From the NCBI GenBank assembly GCA_049627345.1, contig JBMZXF010000001.1, positions 12,635 through 76,634 on the forward strand: a stretch of DNA of 64,000 nucleotides, given 5' to 3'. The notes under the pieces are model-generated. The model searched no databases and was not told where the DNA came from. It saw only the letters and a program-made list of their open reading frames with translations. Of this stretch, positions 7,690-16,294 are shown piece by piece. The position numbers were made by a program, and so were the translations under genes. The stretch's first letter is position 1. Each line of letters begins with the position of its first letter. The DNA is from Poseidonia sp. Its GTDB lineage: Archaea; Thermoplasmatota; Poseidoniia; Poseidoniales; Poseidoniaceae.

Positions 7690-10293
7690 GTGGCACAAGG
7701 CGACCTTCCGGAAATCTTCGGCCTCAACTGGCGCCCTGCTGGACCGTTGGAATTTTTCCAACCGCTGCCCAAAGACGCTGCTCGTGCGGAAGTCCTCACC
7801 TTCCTCGCTCAACAACACGATGCACATTTGTTCCTCGTGGCGAACATTTGGGACCACATCATCGGGGCCGAACCCGACACCTTCGAGGGCGCCTCCTGGC
7901 ATGCCTTCTCCGAGCGGTTCATCGATGCGCTTGAACGTGGCCTGAAGAAGCAGATGGAAAGCACCCTTGGCGAGGACCTCGACAACGAGGTGATTCCACG
8001 CCGCAGCATGGCCATGATGCTTGAGCGTCGCCGATCTCATTTCCTTGTGGACATGCGATTGATGATGCGCCGGCTTGCTCACTACATGGCCGTCTCCATG
8101 CCCCACCGTATGGAATGGCAGCGCATGATGACCCGTACCCGATGCCTTGACGGGGCCTTGAAAGAAATCTTCACCGATGGTGTTGAGACGCCCGATGGCG
8201 GCCGATTTGGCGGGAAAGGCTTCCGTTCAACCTGGCAGGAGGGCGTGGTGGCGGTTGCCACGGCGCTTGAACGCCAGCCGGACGCTCCACGAGACGCACG
8301 CCCCGGGCAAGGCTACGACGGGGACCTCGTCGCCCCCATGATCCGTGATATTGGTCTTGGCTTGGCCATGGGCGATACACCGCTCGACGTAATGGCGGCC
8401 AACCTCGGGAAGGTTGGTTCGAACCAGAACGGCGGATGGGACGACGCCGGTGGACGAGACTTGCACGTCGGCGCATGGCACGTCGGGGTGCTCCCGCCCA
8501 CCGCACCGTTGCCCATCGCCGCTGCGACCATGACCGGGCTGGCGTTCGCTGCATGGCGTCAATCCCTCGACCGATTCCACGTGGCCTGCATTGGCGAGGG
8601 TGCTTCTTCTTCCGGAGAGTTTTGGGAAGCCATGAACCTCGCCGGTGCCCGCGGTCTTCCCATCACGTACATTCTCCAGAACAACCAAATCGCCCTCGAT
8701 ACGCCGCCTGCAAAGCAATCCGGTGTTGAGGTATGGGCTGACAAGGCCGCCGCCATGGGCTTTCCAGCATGGACCATCGACGGTTCTGACCCCGCAGCAT
8801 GGCACGCTTCGGCAGCCGTGGCTCGAGAATTTTCGATGGCCGGTGGCGGCCCTACCTTGATTCACGTTGAGACGATGCGTGGATGCGGCCACGCCCACCA
8901 CCACGACGATCTCTACCTCGGCAACCCCAGCGGTACCCCAGCAGGCTACGTCGACCGTGAACTGTTGGACTATTGGGCGGCCAAAGACCCGATTCCAACC
9001 CACCGTTCGCTGTTGCTGGACATGGGCGCGGATGAGGCCGAACTTGAAGCCATGGAGGCGGAAGAAGCCGCTGCGGTTGAGCAGGCCAAGGCGTCGCTGA
9101 TGGCGATGGAATGGCCGGAACCGGAAACCGTCACCAAGGGCGTCACCACGCTCCACGACGCAGACACCCATGCCGACCACCTCAGTCGCTACACGGGGGC
9201 AAGCCGCCCCGAACTCACGGACGCACCGCTCGACGTCGGTCAGGTGGCTTGGGCGTATGCCGAAAAGGGCGGTTGGACCTACGCTCGGGCCATCCAGCAG
9301 GCCATGGCTGACATTGCCACGATGCACGGCGAAGACTGCGTTTTCATCGGCGAGGACATGGAAGTCGCCGGTGCGTTCGGCATGAACATGGCGCTGAAGA
9401 ACGCAGGACACACGGACAAACTCATCGACATGCCCCTGTGCGAGGCGGTCATCGTCCACACGGGCGTTGGTGCCGCACTTTCGGGCATGAAACCCATGGT
9501 TGAGATTCAGTTTGGCGGGTTCGCCGCCCTTGGATTCAACGCACTGGTGAACAACGCAGCGATGCTTCGCTGGCGGTGGGGCGCAGACTGCCCGATGACC
9601 ATTCGCATTCCCCTGGGCGCGCGTACACGCTCCGGTCCGTTCCACGCCAACATGATCGAATCCTGGTTTGCCAACGACCCCGGGCTCGTCGTTCTGGCCC
9701 CCGGAACGCCACAGGATGCCTACGACCTGCTCGTGGAAGGGGCCCAACTCCCCGATCCGGTCTTGATGCTCGAACACATCGGCCTCTACGGTTTGCGAGG
9801 CGGCTTGACCGGGTGGGGCATGAACATCAACCAAAAGGTCGACACGGAAACCGTCAACCAGCACATCACCGAAGGCCGCCCCTACAAATTGGGGCAGGCC
9901 GAGGTGATTCGTGGTGGTCGAGATATCACCCTCGTCACCTGGGGTGCCATGGTTCACATCGCCTTGCAGGCCGCCGAAGCGCTCGCTGCTGAAGACATCG
10001 AAGTCGAGGTCGTGGATTTGCGGACGTTGATTCCTTTCGATTCAGCGACGTGTGTTGCTTCGGTTCAGCGCACGGGCCGCCTCGTGGTGCTTCAAGAGGG
10101 TCAGTGGTCCGGCGGTCTCGGTCATACCGTGCAATCTCGAATCATGGAGGAGTGCTTCTACGAACTCGAGTCCGCTCCAACCGTTATCGGTGCCCTTGAC
10201 ACACCCGTGCCGTTCGCACCGCCGTTGGAGAACCACACCATTCCCTCCCTCGAGCACGTGGTGGAGATGCTTCGTGCCTCGTTCAAGGCTTGA
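7690..10293 (+). CDS. fused 2-oxoacid dehydrogenase E1 alpha+beta (ThDP-dependent) with N-terminal extension
   Basis: GEGA...NNQ ThDP motif, beta-type GEDM, EIQF, HA, EVVDLRTLIP; start uncertain (GTG 7690). Confidence 0.85.
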   Translation: MAQGDLPEIFGLNWRPAGPLEFFQPLPKDAARAEVLTFLAQQHDAHLFLVANIWDHIIGAEPDTFEGASWHAFSERFIDALERGLKKQMESTLGEDLDNEVIPRRSMAMMLERRRSHFLVDMRLMMRRLAHYMAVSMPHRMEWQRMMTRTRCLDGALKEIFTDGVETPDGGRFGGKGFRSTWQEGVVAVATALERQPDAPRDARPGQGYDGDLVAPMIRDIGLGLAMGDTPLDVMAANLGKVGSNQNGGWDDAGGRDLHVGAWHVGVLPPTAPLPIAAATMTGLAFAAWRQSLDRFHVACIGEGASSSGEFWEAMNLAGARGLPITYILQNNQIALDTPPAKQSGVEVWADKAAAMGFPAWTIDGSDPAAWHASAAVAREFSMAGGGPTLIHVETMRGCGHAHHHDDLYLGNPSGTPAGYVDRELLDYWAAKDPIPTHRSLLLDMGADEAELEAMEAEEAAAVEQAKASLMAMEWPEPETVTKGVTTLHDADTHADHLSRYTGASRPELTDAPLDVGQVAWAYAEKGGWTYARAIQQAMADIATMHGEDCVFIGEDMEVAGAFGMNMALKNAGHTDKLIDMPLCEAVIVHTGVGAALSGMKPMVEIQFGGFAALGFNALVNNAAMLRWRWGADCPMTIRIPLGARTRSGPFHANMIESWFANDPGLVVLAPGTPQDAYDLLVEGAQLPDPVLMLEHIGLYGLRGGLTGWGMNINQKVDTETVNQHITEGRPYKLGQAEVIRGGRDITLVTWGAMVHIALQAAEALAAEDIEVEVVDLRTLIPFDSATCVASVQRTGRLVVLQEGQWSGGLGHTVQSRIMEECFYELESAPTVIGALDTPVPFAPPLENHTIPSLEHVVEMLRASFKA

Positions 10294-10903
10294 CGGCGTC
10301 CGGAAAGAACCAGCGCTTGACATCAACAGCCAACCATGCACCCAGCGTGGTTGAGACGACGTAGAACGGCAGGCTGGCCCACATGGCGTTGAGGGCATTG
10401 GGGCCGAAGGTGCGAGCGGGGTTCATGCTGGCGCCCGTGAGCGGACCAGCCAACAGTGCCAACAAGGCGACGGTCGCCCCGACCCAAACGGCCACCACCG
10501 GTCGAGCATCCGTTCGCTGTACGATGTAGAGGATGCTCGCCATCAAGGCGCACGTGATGGCGATTTCGATGGAGAAACCGGTCGCGAGGGAGATGCGAGG
10601 GATGACGTTCGTGGGTGCAGCACCTGCCACCAAACTCGCTCCCGCCAGCGCACCGAGGTACTGGGCGAGCATGTACGTCGGCAGCAAGCGACCTTCCAGT
10701 TGCCCGTCCCTCCAAAACGCGACGCTGACCGCGGGGTTGATGTGGGCGCCACTCAGGGGTCCAAACAGGAGAATAGCGAGGGTCACCACTGCCCCAAAGG
10801 TCAGGGACACCAACCCGTGGCTGGCGCCCCAAGCCACGCTGCCGCAGCCCACAGCGACCATGAGGGCGGTGCCGAGAAATTCACCCACGGCCTCTCGCTT
10901 CAC
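10283..10903 (-). CDS. aquaporin (MIP family)
   Basis: SGAHINPAVS and GASMNPAR (two NPA boxes). Confidence 0.95.
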   Translation of the reverse strand: MKREAVGEFLGTALMVAVGCGSVAWGASHGLVSLTFGAVVTLAILLFGPLSGAHINPAVSVAFWRDGQLEGRLLPTYMLAQYLGALAGASLVAGAAPTNVIPRISLATGFSIEIAITCALMASILYIVQRTDARPVVAVWVGATVALLALLAGPLTGASMNPARTFGPNALNAMWASLPFYVVSTTLGAWLAVDVKRWFFPDAVKP

Positions 10904-11001
10904 AGTCTGTCCACCCCCCCTCGGTTCAAAGGCTCTGTGAACTCACCACCACCGTGGCATTCGGTGGCAAGCGTCAAGAAGTGGGCGTCGTTGCAAGCCA
11001 C

Positions 11002-12132
11002 ATGGGAGACGACACTGTTGCCTCCCCCACGGGCATTCCCCAACTTCTGATGAGTAACACGCTCGTGCTCAACGGCGCGCTCTTCCTCGGTATTTTGGCC
11101 TTGCATACGCTGCTTGAGGATTCGAGCATCAACAACAACTACGTCTCGCTTGTCCTGCTTGCGATGGCCCTCGCCCTCCTCATCAAATCCGCCGACTTCT
11201 TCATTGAAGGTGCCAAAGGGCTCGCTTACCGTGCCGGCCTTCCCGAGGTCGTCATCGGGTTGACCATCGTGTCCATCGGCACCTCGCTTCCCGAAATTCT
11301 GGTCACCTCAACCGCAGCTGCTGATGTCGCCACCAACCCCGAGATTGGCGACCTCGCTATCGGGGGCATCTACGGCTCCATCTTGGTTCAAATCACCTTG
11401 ATTTTGGGTGTGGTCGTTGCCTTCCGTGGCGTCAAGGTTCGCCCTTCGTGGCTGAAGCGGGACGGGATGATCATGTTCTCGTCGATCGGTCTCTTGACCG
11501 TGTTTTTGTTCACCGGGGATGGACTGAGTCGCATCGAGGGCGCCATCTTGATGTCCCTGTACATCGCCTACATCTACTGGCTGCTCTCTCATCGGGATGA
11601 AATCCTCGAGGAAGAACTCGGCGACGCTGAACAGGTTGAGCGAAAGCTGGACCGAACCACCGCTGCCTACGGTTTCATGGTCACCTCCGGTCTGCTCTTG
11701 GCCCTCTTTGCCGCGCATCATTTGGTCAACGTCGCCAGCGACATGGCGTACGCCTTCAACGTCCCCCACGCCGTCATCGGCACCACCGTGTCGGGCCTTG
11801 GTACGTCGCTTCCTGAACTCACCATCGCCTTCCTGGCCGCCAAGCGCAGTCAAGGCGTCGCCATCGGCACCCTCATCGGTTCCAACATCACCGATCCGCT
11901 CCTCTCCATCGGTTTCGCTTCCGTCGTCTATCCGCTGGCGTTGACCGAAGCGAGTTTTGCGCTCACGGCTTACGTCATCATTCCCGCCACCTTTGTCGGC
12001 ACCGGCGTCGCTCTGCTCATGATGCGTTCAGAGTATGAATTCAAGCGTTGGGAAGGCGTGGTGTTGATTTTCATCTACCTTCTGTTTTTGGCAGCGCTCG
12101 CAGCGGAACGCTTCGGCTACCTTGTGCTCTGA
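11002..12132 (+). CDS. Ca2+/Na+ antiporter (CaCA, YrbG-like)
   Basis: Two GTSLPE alpha-repeats, GSNI. Confidence 0.9.
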   Translation: MGDDTVASPTGIPQLLMSNTLVLNGALFLGILALHTLLEDSSINNNYVSLVLLAMALALLIKSADFFIEGAKGLAYRAGLPEVVIGLTIVSIGTSLPEILVTSTAAADVATNPEIGDLAIGGIYGSILVQITLILGVVVAFRGVKVRPSWLKRDGMIMFSSIGLLTVFLFTGDGLSRIEGAILMSLYIAYIYWLLSHRDEILEEELGDAEQVERKLDRTTAAYGFMVTSGLLLALFAAHHLVNVASDMAYAFNVPHAVIGTTVSGLGTSLPELTIAFLAAKRSQGVAIGTLIGSNITDPLLSIGFASVVYPLALTEASFALTAYVIIPATFVGTGVALLMMRSEYEFKRWEGVVLIFIYLLFLAALAAERFGYLVL

Positions 12133-12190
12133 AGCCACCTGCGGAGCGCCTCATCTAATCGCTCTTAAGGGACCGATGCTTGGCCTGTTC

Positions 12191-13339
12191 ATGGTGGACT
12201 TCCAACTCGATGAGATGCAAGCCATGCTCAAGGAACTCGCGAACGAGTTCGCTCGCGATGAAATCCGTCCCCACGCTGAACACTGGGACGAAACGGCGCA
12301 TTACCCCAAAGAAACCATCCAGGCAGCGCACGAGATGGGTCTGCTTAACCTCCACATCCCCGAAGCGTACGGTGGCGCTGGTTTGGGTTCGTTTGAGGAA
12401 GTTCTGGTCAACGAAGAACTCGCGTGGGGTGACCCCGGTTTCGCGACGGCCGCCTACGCCACGGCCTTGGCCAGCGCACCCATCATCACCGGGGCCACCG
12501 AGGAACAGAAGGAACACTGGTTGCGAAAAATCGCCGAAGAGGGAGCCCTTGCCTCCTATGCTGTTACCGAACCGGGTGCGGGTTCCGACGTGGCCGCTTG
12601 CAAAACCACGGCCATTCGTGACGGCGATGAATACGTTATCAACGGTTCAAAGATGTGGATCACAGGCGCCGGCCACGCTGACTTCTTTTTCGTCCTCGCC
12701 AAGACCGACCCGGACGCAGGGTACCGCGGCATGTCGGGCTTTGTGGTCGAGAAGGATGCGGCCGGGTTCTCGCTGGGCAAGAAAGAGACCAACATGGGTC
12801 AGCGATGTTCCGACACGCGGTCCATCACGTTCGATGACGTTCGCGTGCCGGCCGACCATCTCATCGGCGGTTCGGAATCAGGCGGCTGGATGAACGCCAT
12901 GAAGGCGTTTGACATGAGCCGACCCAACATCGCCGCTCATGCAACGGGTCTGGCTCGTGCAGCCTACGAGCACGCCCTTCAGTACTCCAGCGAACGCCAA
13001 ACATTCGGCAAGCCCCTCCACCAGCATCAGGCCATTCAGTTCATGCTCGCTGACATGAAAACCAACATCGAAGCGGCTCGCATGCTGACATGGAAATCTG
13101 CGGCAGAGTACGATGCGGGCGTGAGAAACACCGAGTCGGCAGCCCATGCCAAGCGGTTTGCGGCCGACATGGCCATGCAGGTCACCACCGATGCTGTCCA
13201 GGTGTACGGTGGCTACGGCTATTCGGAAGAATACCCCGTCGCCCGCTTGATGCGTGGCGCCAAGGTCATGCAAATCTACGAGGGGTCGTCCCAAGTGCAA
13301 CGCATGATCATCGGTCGCGAAATCACCAAGGGGCTTTGA
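12191..13339 (+). CDS. acyl-CoA dehydrogenase
   Basis: TEPGAGSD, NGSKMWIT, ERQTFGKP, GGYGY, IYEG. Confidence 0.95.
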   Translation: MVDFQLDEMQAMLKELANEFARDEIRPHAEHWDETAHYPKETIQAAHEMGLLNLHIPEAYGGAGLGSFEEVLVNEELAWGDPGFATAAYATALASAPIITGATEEQKEHWLRKIAEEGALASYAVTEPGAGSDVAACKTTAIRDGDEYVINGSKMWITGAGHADFFFVLAKTDPDAGYRGMSGFVVEKDAAGFSLGKKETNMGQRCSDTRSITFDDVRVPADHLIGGSESGGWMNAMKAFDMSRPNIAAHATGLARAAYEHALQYSSERQTFGKPLHQHQAIQFMLADMKTNIEAARMLTWKSAAEYDAGVRNTESAAHAKRFAADMAMQVTTDAVQVYGGYGYSEEYPVARLMRGAKVMQIYEGSSQVQRMIIGREITKGL

Positions 13340-14119
13340 TCAGCGACGACCTTTCCTGAGGTTGTCCTCGAGTCGCCAGACCTGTTGGTCGTCGTGATGC
13401 CAAGGGGTTGGCTCACTCGTCGCACGCCGCTCCTGTCGTTCCATCCAATCGTCCAACTGGCGGTGTTCGATTTCATCGGCTTCGTCCTCATAGGGCAAGG
13501 GGGCGAAGAGTTCGGTCAGCGCCCATAGTCCGGGGTCTGCGATCGGCTCGCTGAACTCATCAACTTCGTCGTACATGTAGGCGGCCTCGTCGTCTTCGTC
13601 GTAGACCTCCTCCTCCATGATGACGCCTTCCTCGCTGAACTGATACACGCCTTCGAGCGCTTCTCGGGGCGAGACGATGAACTGGGCCAAGAGGGGGATC
13701 CGCATGGCCGTGGTTTTGTCGTTTTGGAGGGCCAAGGCCAGCGCAGCAACTTGGTCGCCGATGGGGAGGCTCAGGGAACGCTGCGTTGGGTGCATGCACA
13801 GGGCGACCATGAACGGCGTGCGCTCAGCGATGTCTTGTTTCCACGCACCCGCATCGATGCTGGTCCGCCAGTGGACTTCTTTCACTTCCCTGAACTCACC
13901 CTCGACGTCGACGTAATCTTCCACATAATGGGCGTGCAAGCCGACCCGGTACCACCTGCGTGAAGTGCCCCGGATGACCACCCTTGGCAGCCCTTGCTCG
14001 TCCAATGCAAGGGTCATCGCATTGGAACCCTCCACGATGGAATCGAGAAAACGCATGGACTTCACGTGCGCATCTCGCGCAGCCCTCGGCCAGTGTCCAG
14101 GCGGGTTCCAAGCAGTCAT
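13340..14119 (-). CDS. hypothetical protein with acidic C-terminal tail
   Basis: 3' part of the 459-aa ORF has coding-like composition; 5' part is antisense to mocA, so start set at MTAWNP. Confidence 0.7.
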   Translation of the reverse strand: MTAWNPPGHWPRAARDAHVKSMRFLDSIVEGSNAMTLALDEQGLPRVVIRGTSRRWYRVGLHAHYVEDYVDVEGEFREVKEVHWRTSIDAGAWKQDIAERTPFMVALCMHPTQRSLSLPIGDQVAALALALQNDKTTAMRIPLLAQFIVSPREALEGVYQFSEEGVIMEEEVYDEDDEAAYMYDEVDEFSEPIADPGLWALTELFAPLPYEDEADEIEHRQLDDWMERQERRATSEPTPWHHDDQQVWRLEDNLRKGRR

Positions 14120-14194
14120 GCGAGGGAAGTTCTCCGAGCCTATATCAAGGCCCATCCAGCAAAGAACCAAGACACAGCGCAGCGTGTCGGGTCC

Positions 14195-14806
14195 ATGGGA
14201 CCCTCGCCCGTGGCCGCCGTCGTGCTCGCAGCGGGTCTGAGCCGGCGGCTTGGTCGCCCGAAGGCCCTTGTTTCCATCAACGAATTGACGTTGGTCGAGT
14301 GGGCCCATCAACGCCTCAACGAGGCCGGGTGCGAGACCGTGGTTGTGGTCAACAACGACCTTGCCGAAGAGGTGGCACGCTTGCTTCCGGAGGCAACGTT
14401 GGTCGTCAATGACGACCCCGATGCCGGGCGTATGCGTTCGCTGCAACTTGGGTGCGCTGCCTTGGTCGACCAGCGGGGTACGCTCCCCGAACGCCTCGTG
14501 ATAGCGCCGGTGGACCGGCCGGCGTGGAACACGGCGACCCTCCAGGGATTGCTCAACGCCTCCACCAGCAGTGCACCCGCGCACGAAGGCCGTCGTGGTC
14601 ATCCGGTGTTGTTGGACCAGCCGGCCATTGAGGCGGTGGTTTCGGCGAACGCCGATGCCTCGCTCAGGGCCTTGGTTTCGTTTGCTCCAGTTCCCGTTGA
14701 GGCTCCGTGGTTGCACCACAACATCGACACGAAGGCGGATGTGGATCGGCTGCTTGCGGACGAGGCGGCTTGTTTGGCGTGTTTCTCCCGAGGCGAAGGG
14801 ATATGA
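14195..14806 (+). CDS. mocA: molybdenum cofactor cytidylyltransferase (MocA-like nucleotidyltransferase)
   Basis: VVLAAGLSRRLGRPKAL, PVDRP, GRRGHPVL, NIDT; adjacent to xdhC. Confidence 0.8.
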   Translation: MGPSPVAAVVLAAGLSRRLGRPKALVSINELTLVEWAHQRLNEAGCETVVVVNNDLAEEVARLLPEATLVVNDDPDAGRMRSLQLGCAALVDQRGTLPERLVIAPVDRPAWNTATLQGLLNASTSSAPAHEGRRGHPVLLDQPAIEAVVSANADASLRALVSFAPVPVEAPWLHHNIDTKADVDRLLADEAACLACFSRGEGI

Positions 14807-14823
14807 GGGCCGCCCGTTGAGGC

Positions 14824-15702
14824 GTGTCCATGACCGCTCACGTCCTCCAGTGGGTGCTGAGCGAGTTGGCCTCCCAACGACGCGTTGTCATGGCCACGGT
14901 GCTGAACACTTCGGGAAGCGTTCCCGGAAAGACCGGCGCTCGATTGGCGATGTCCTCCCACGAACACACATGGGTCGGAACCGTGGGTGGTGCGGGGCTT
15001 GAACACCGTGTCCTCCAACGCTGCAGGGAACTGCTCGGCGAAGCCTCGCAACCTTTTGCCGAAGTGCTGACCTACGGGTTGAACAAAGGTGCGAAGGGCT
15101 ATGAGGTGACCCCTCTTGATTCGCTGTGCGGCGGTCGGGTGTCGATCGCCGTTGAGGTGATGATCCCCATGCCACACGTTCACATCATGGGCGGCGGACA
15201 TTGCGGGAAAGCCCTAGCCACCACCCTTCACGGGTTGGGCTGGGATTACTCGGTGCACGACACCAGAGAAGCTTACATCTCGGAAGACAAGTTTCCGCAC
15301 GCCGTGGAGCGTTCTTCTGCTTCCGTGGCAGGCGTCCTTGAAGGGGAGACGGCGTCAACGCTGGGTCGCTTCTCGGACATCTTGCTGCTCGGACACGACT
15401 GGGCAGAGGACCAAGAACGCCTGCTCGGCCTGCTTCAATTGCTCAATCAACCAGGTGTTGTCTTGGACGGCAAGCAGCATCCTCGCATCGGCGTGATCGG
15501 AAGTCGCTCAAAATGGCAGGCCTTTGAGGAGGCGGCGAGGGAACAGGGCGTCTCTCAATCGTTGCTCGACCAAGTCATCTGCCCCATCGGGTTGAACATC
15601 GGAGCGCAATCACCAGAGGAAATCGCCGTGGCGGTGGCCGCTCAAATCATGTCCCTCCACAAAGCCGTGGACCCTGCGTCCGCAACGTGGCGTCAGGCCT
15701 GA
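14824..15702 (+). CDS. xdhC: XdhC/CoxI family Moco sulfuration/insertion chaperone
   Basis: GSVPGKTGA, GTVGG, CGG, GGGH, IGSRSK, PIGLNIGAQSPEEIAV. Confidence 0.9.
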   Translation: MSMTAHVLQWVLSELASQRRVVMATVLNTSGSVPGKTGARLAMSSHEHTWVGTVGGAGLEHRVLQRCRELLGEASQPFAEVLTYGLNKGAKGYEVTPLDSLCGGRVSIAVEVMIPMPHVHIMGGGHCGKALATTLHGLGWDYSVHDTREAYISEDKFPHAVERSSASVAGVLEGETASTLGRFSDILLLGHDWAEDQERLLGLLQLLNQPGVVLDGKQHPRIGVIGSRSKWQAFEEAAREQGVSQSLLDQVICPIGLNIGAQSPEEIAVAVAAQIMSLHKAVDPASATWRQA

Positions 15703-16241
15703 GGCTTGAACACGTGTTCTCGGAAGTACTTGAGTTCCTCAATGGATTCAAGGATGTCATCGAGGGCGAGATGGGCTCCTTTTTTGTTAAAGCGAGGAAC
15801 GTCCCTGTACCATCGTTTGGCCAACGCCTTGATGGTTGAAACGTCCACCATGCGGTAGTGGAGGAAGTCGAGAAGTTCTGGCATTTCCTTGGCCATGAAT
15901 TGGCGGTCGTTCCACACACTGTTTCCACACAACGGTGCCGTGTTTTCGTCAACCCATTCCCTCAGGAAGGCAAGGGTCGCTTGCTCTGCCTCACGAACGC
16001 TGACACCCTCGGAGCGAATCCGGTCCACGAGGCCACTGCCGTGGTGGTGGCGGGTGTTCCAATCGTCCATCCCCGCAAGCAGGTCTTCATCCACGCTGAC
16101 GGCGAGGTTGGGACCGGTTGCCAAGACGTTGAGATCACCGTCGGTCACCACCGTCGCAATTTCGATGATGGATTCCTTGGTGATATCAAGGCCGGTCATC
16201 TCGAGGTCAATCCATACCATGCGGTGGCGACGGTTGTCCAT
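15693..16241 (-). CDS. orn: oligoribonuclease (DEDDh)
   Basis: VWIDLEMTGL, LCGNSV, HYRMVDVSTIK, HLALDDILESIEEL. Confidence 0.95.
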   Translation of the reverse strand: MDNRRHRMVWIDLEMTGLDITKESIIEIATVVTDGDLNVLATGPNLAVSVDEDLLAGMDDWNTRHHHGSGLVDRIRSEGVSVREAEQATLAFLREWVDENTAPLCGNSVWNDRQFMAKEMPELLDFLHYRMVDVSTIKALAKRWYRDVPRFNKKGAHLALDDILESIEELKYFREHVFKPQA

Positions 16242-16294
16242 GGACGGCTTGCGCCGGCGGAGGGTCTTGATTCTTCGTTCATCAGCAAACGAAT

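Noticed and set aside
8227-9957. Long antisense ORFs (e.g. 8227-9957, 17297-18937, 21431-22606, 31480-32700, 60408-62042)
   Set aside because: They shadow well-supported genes on the opposite strand, have no motifs, and are expected from GC-rich codon bias.
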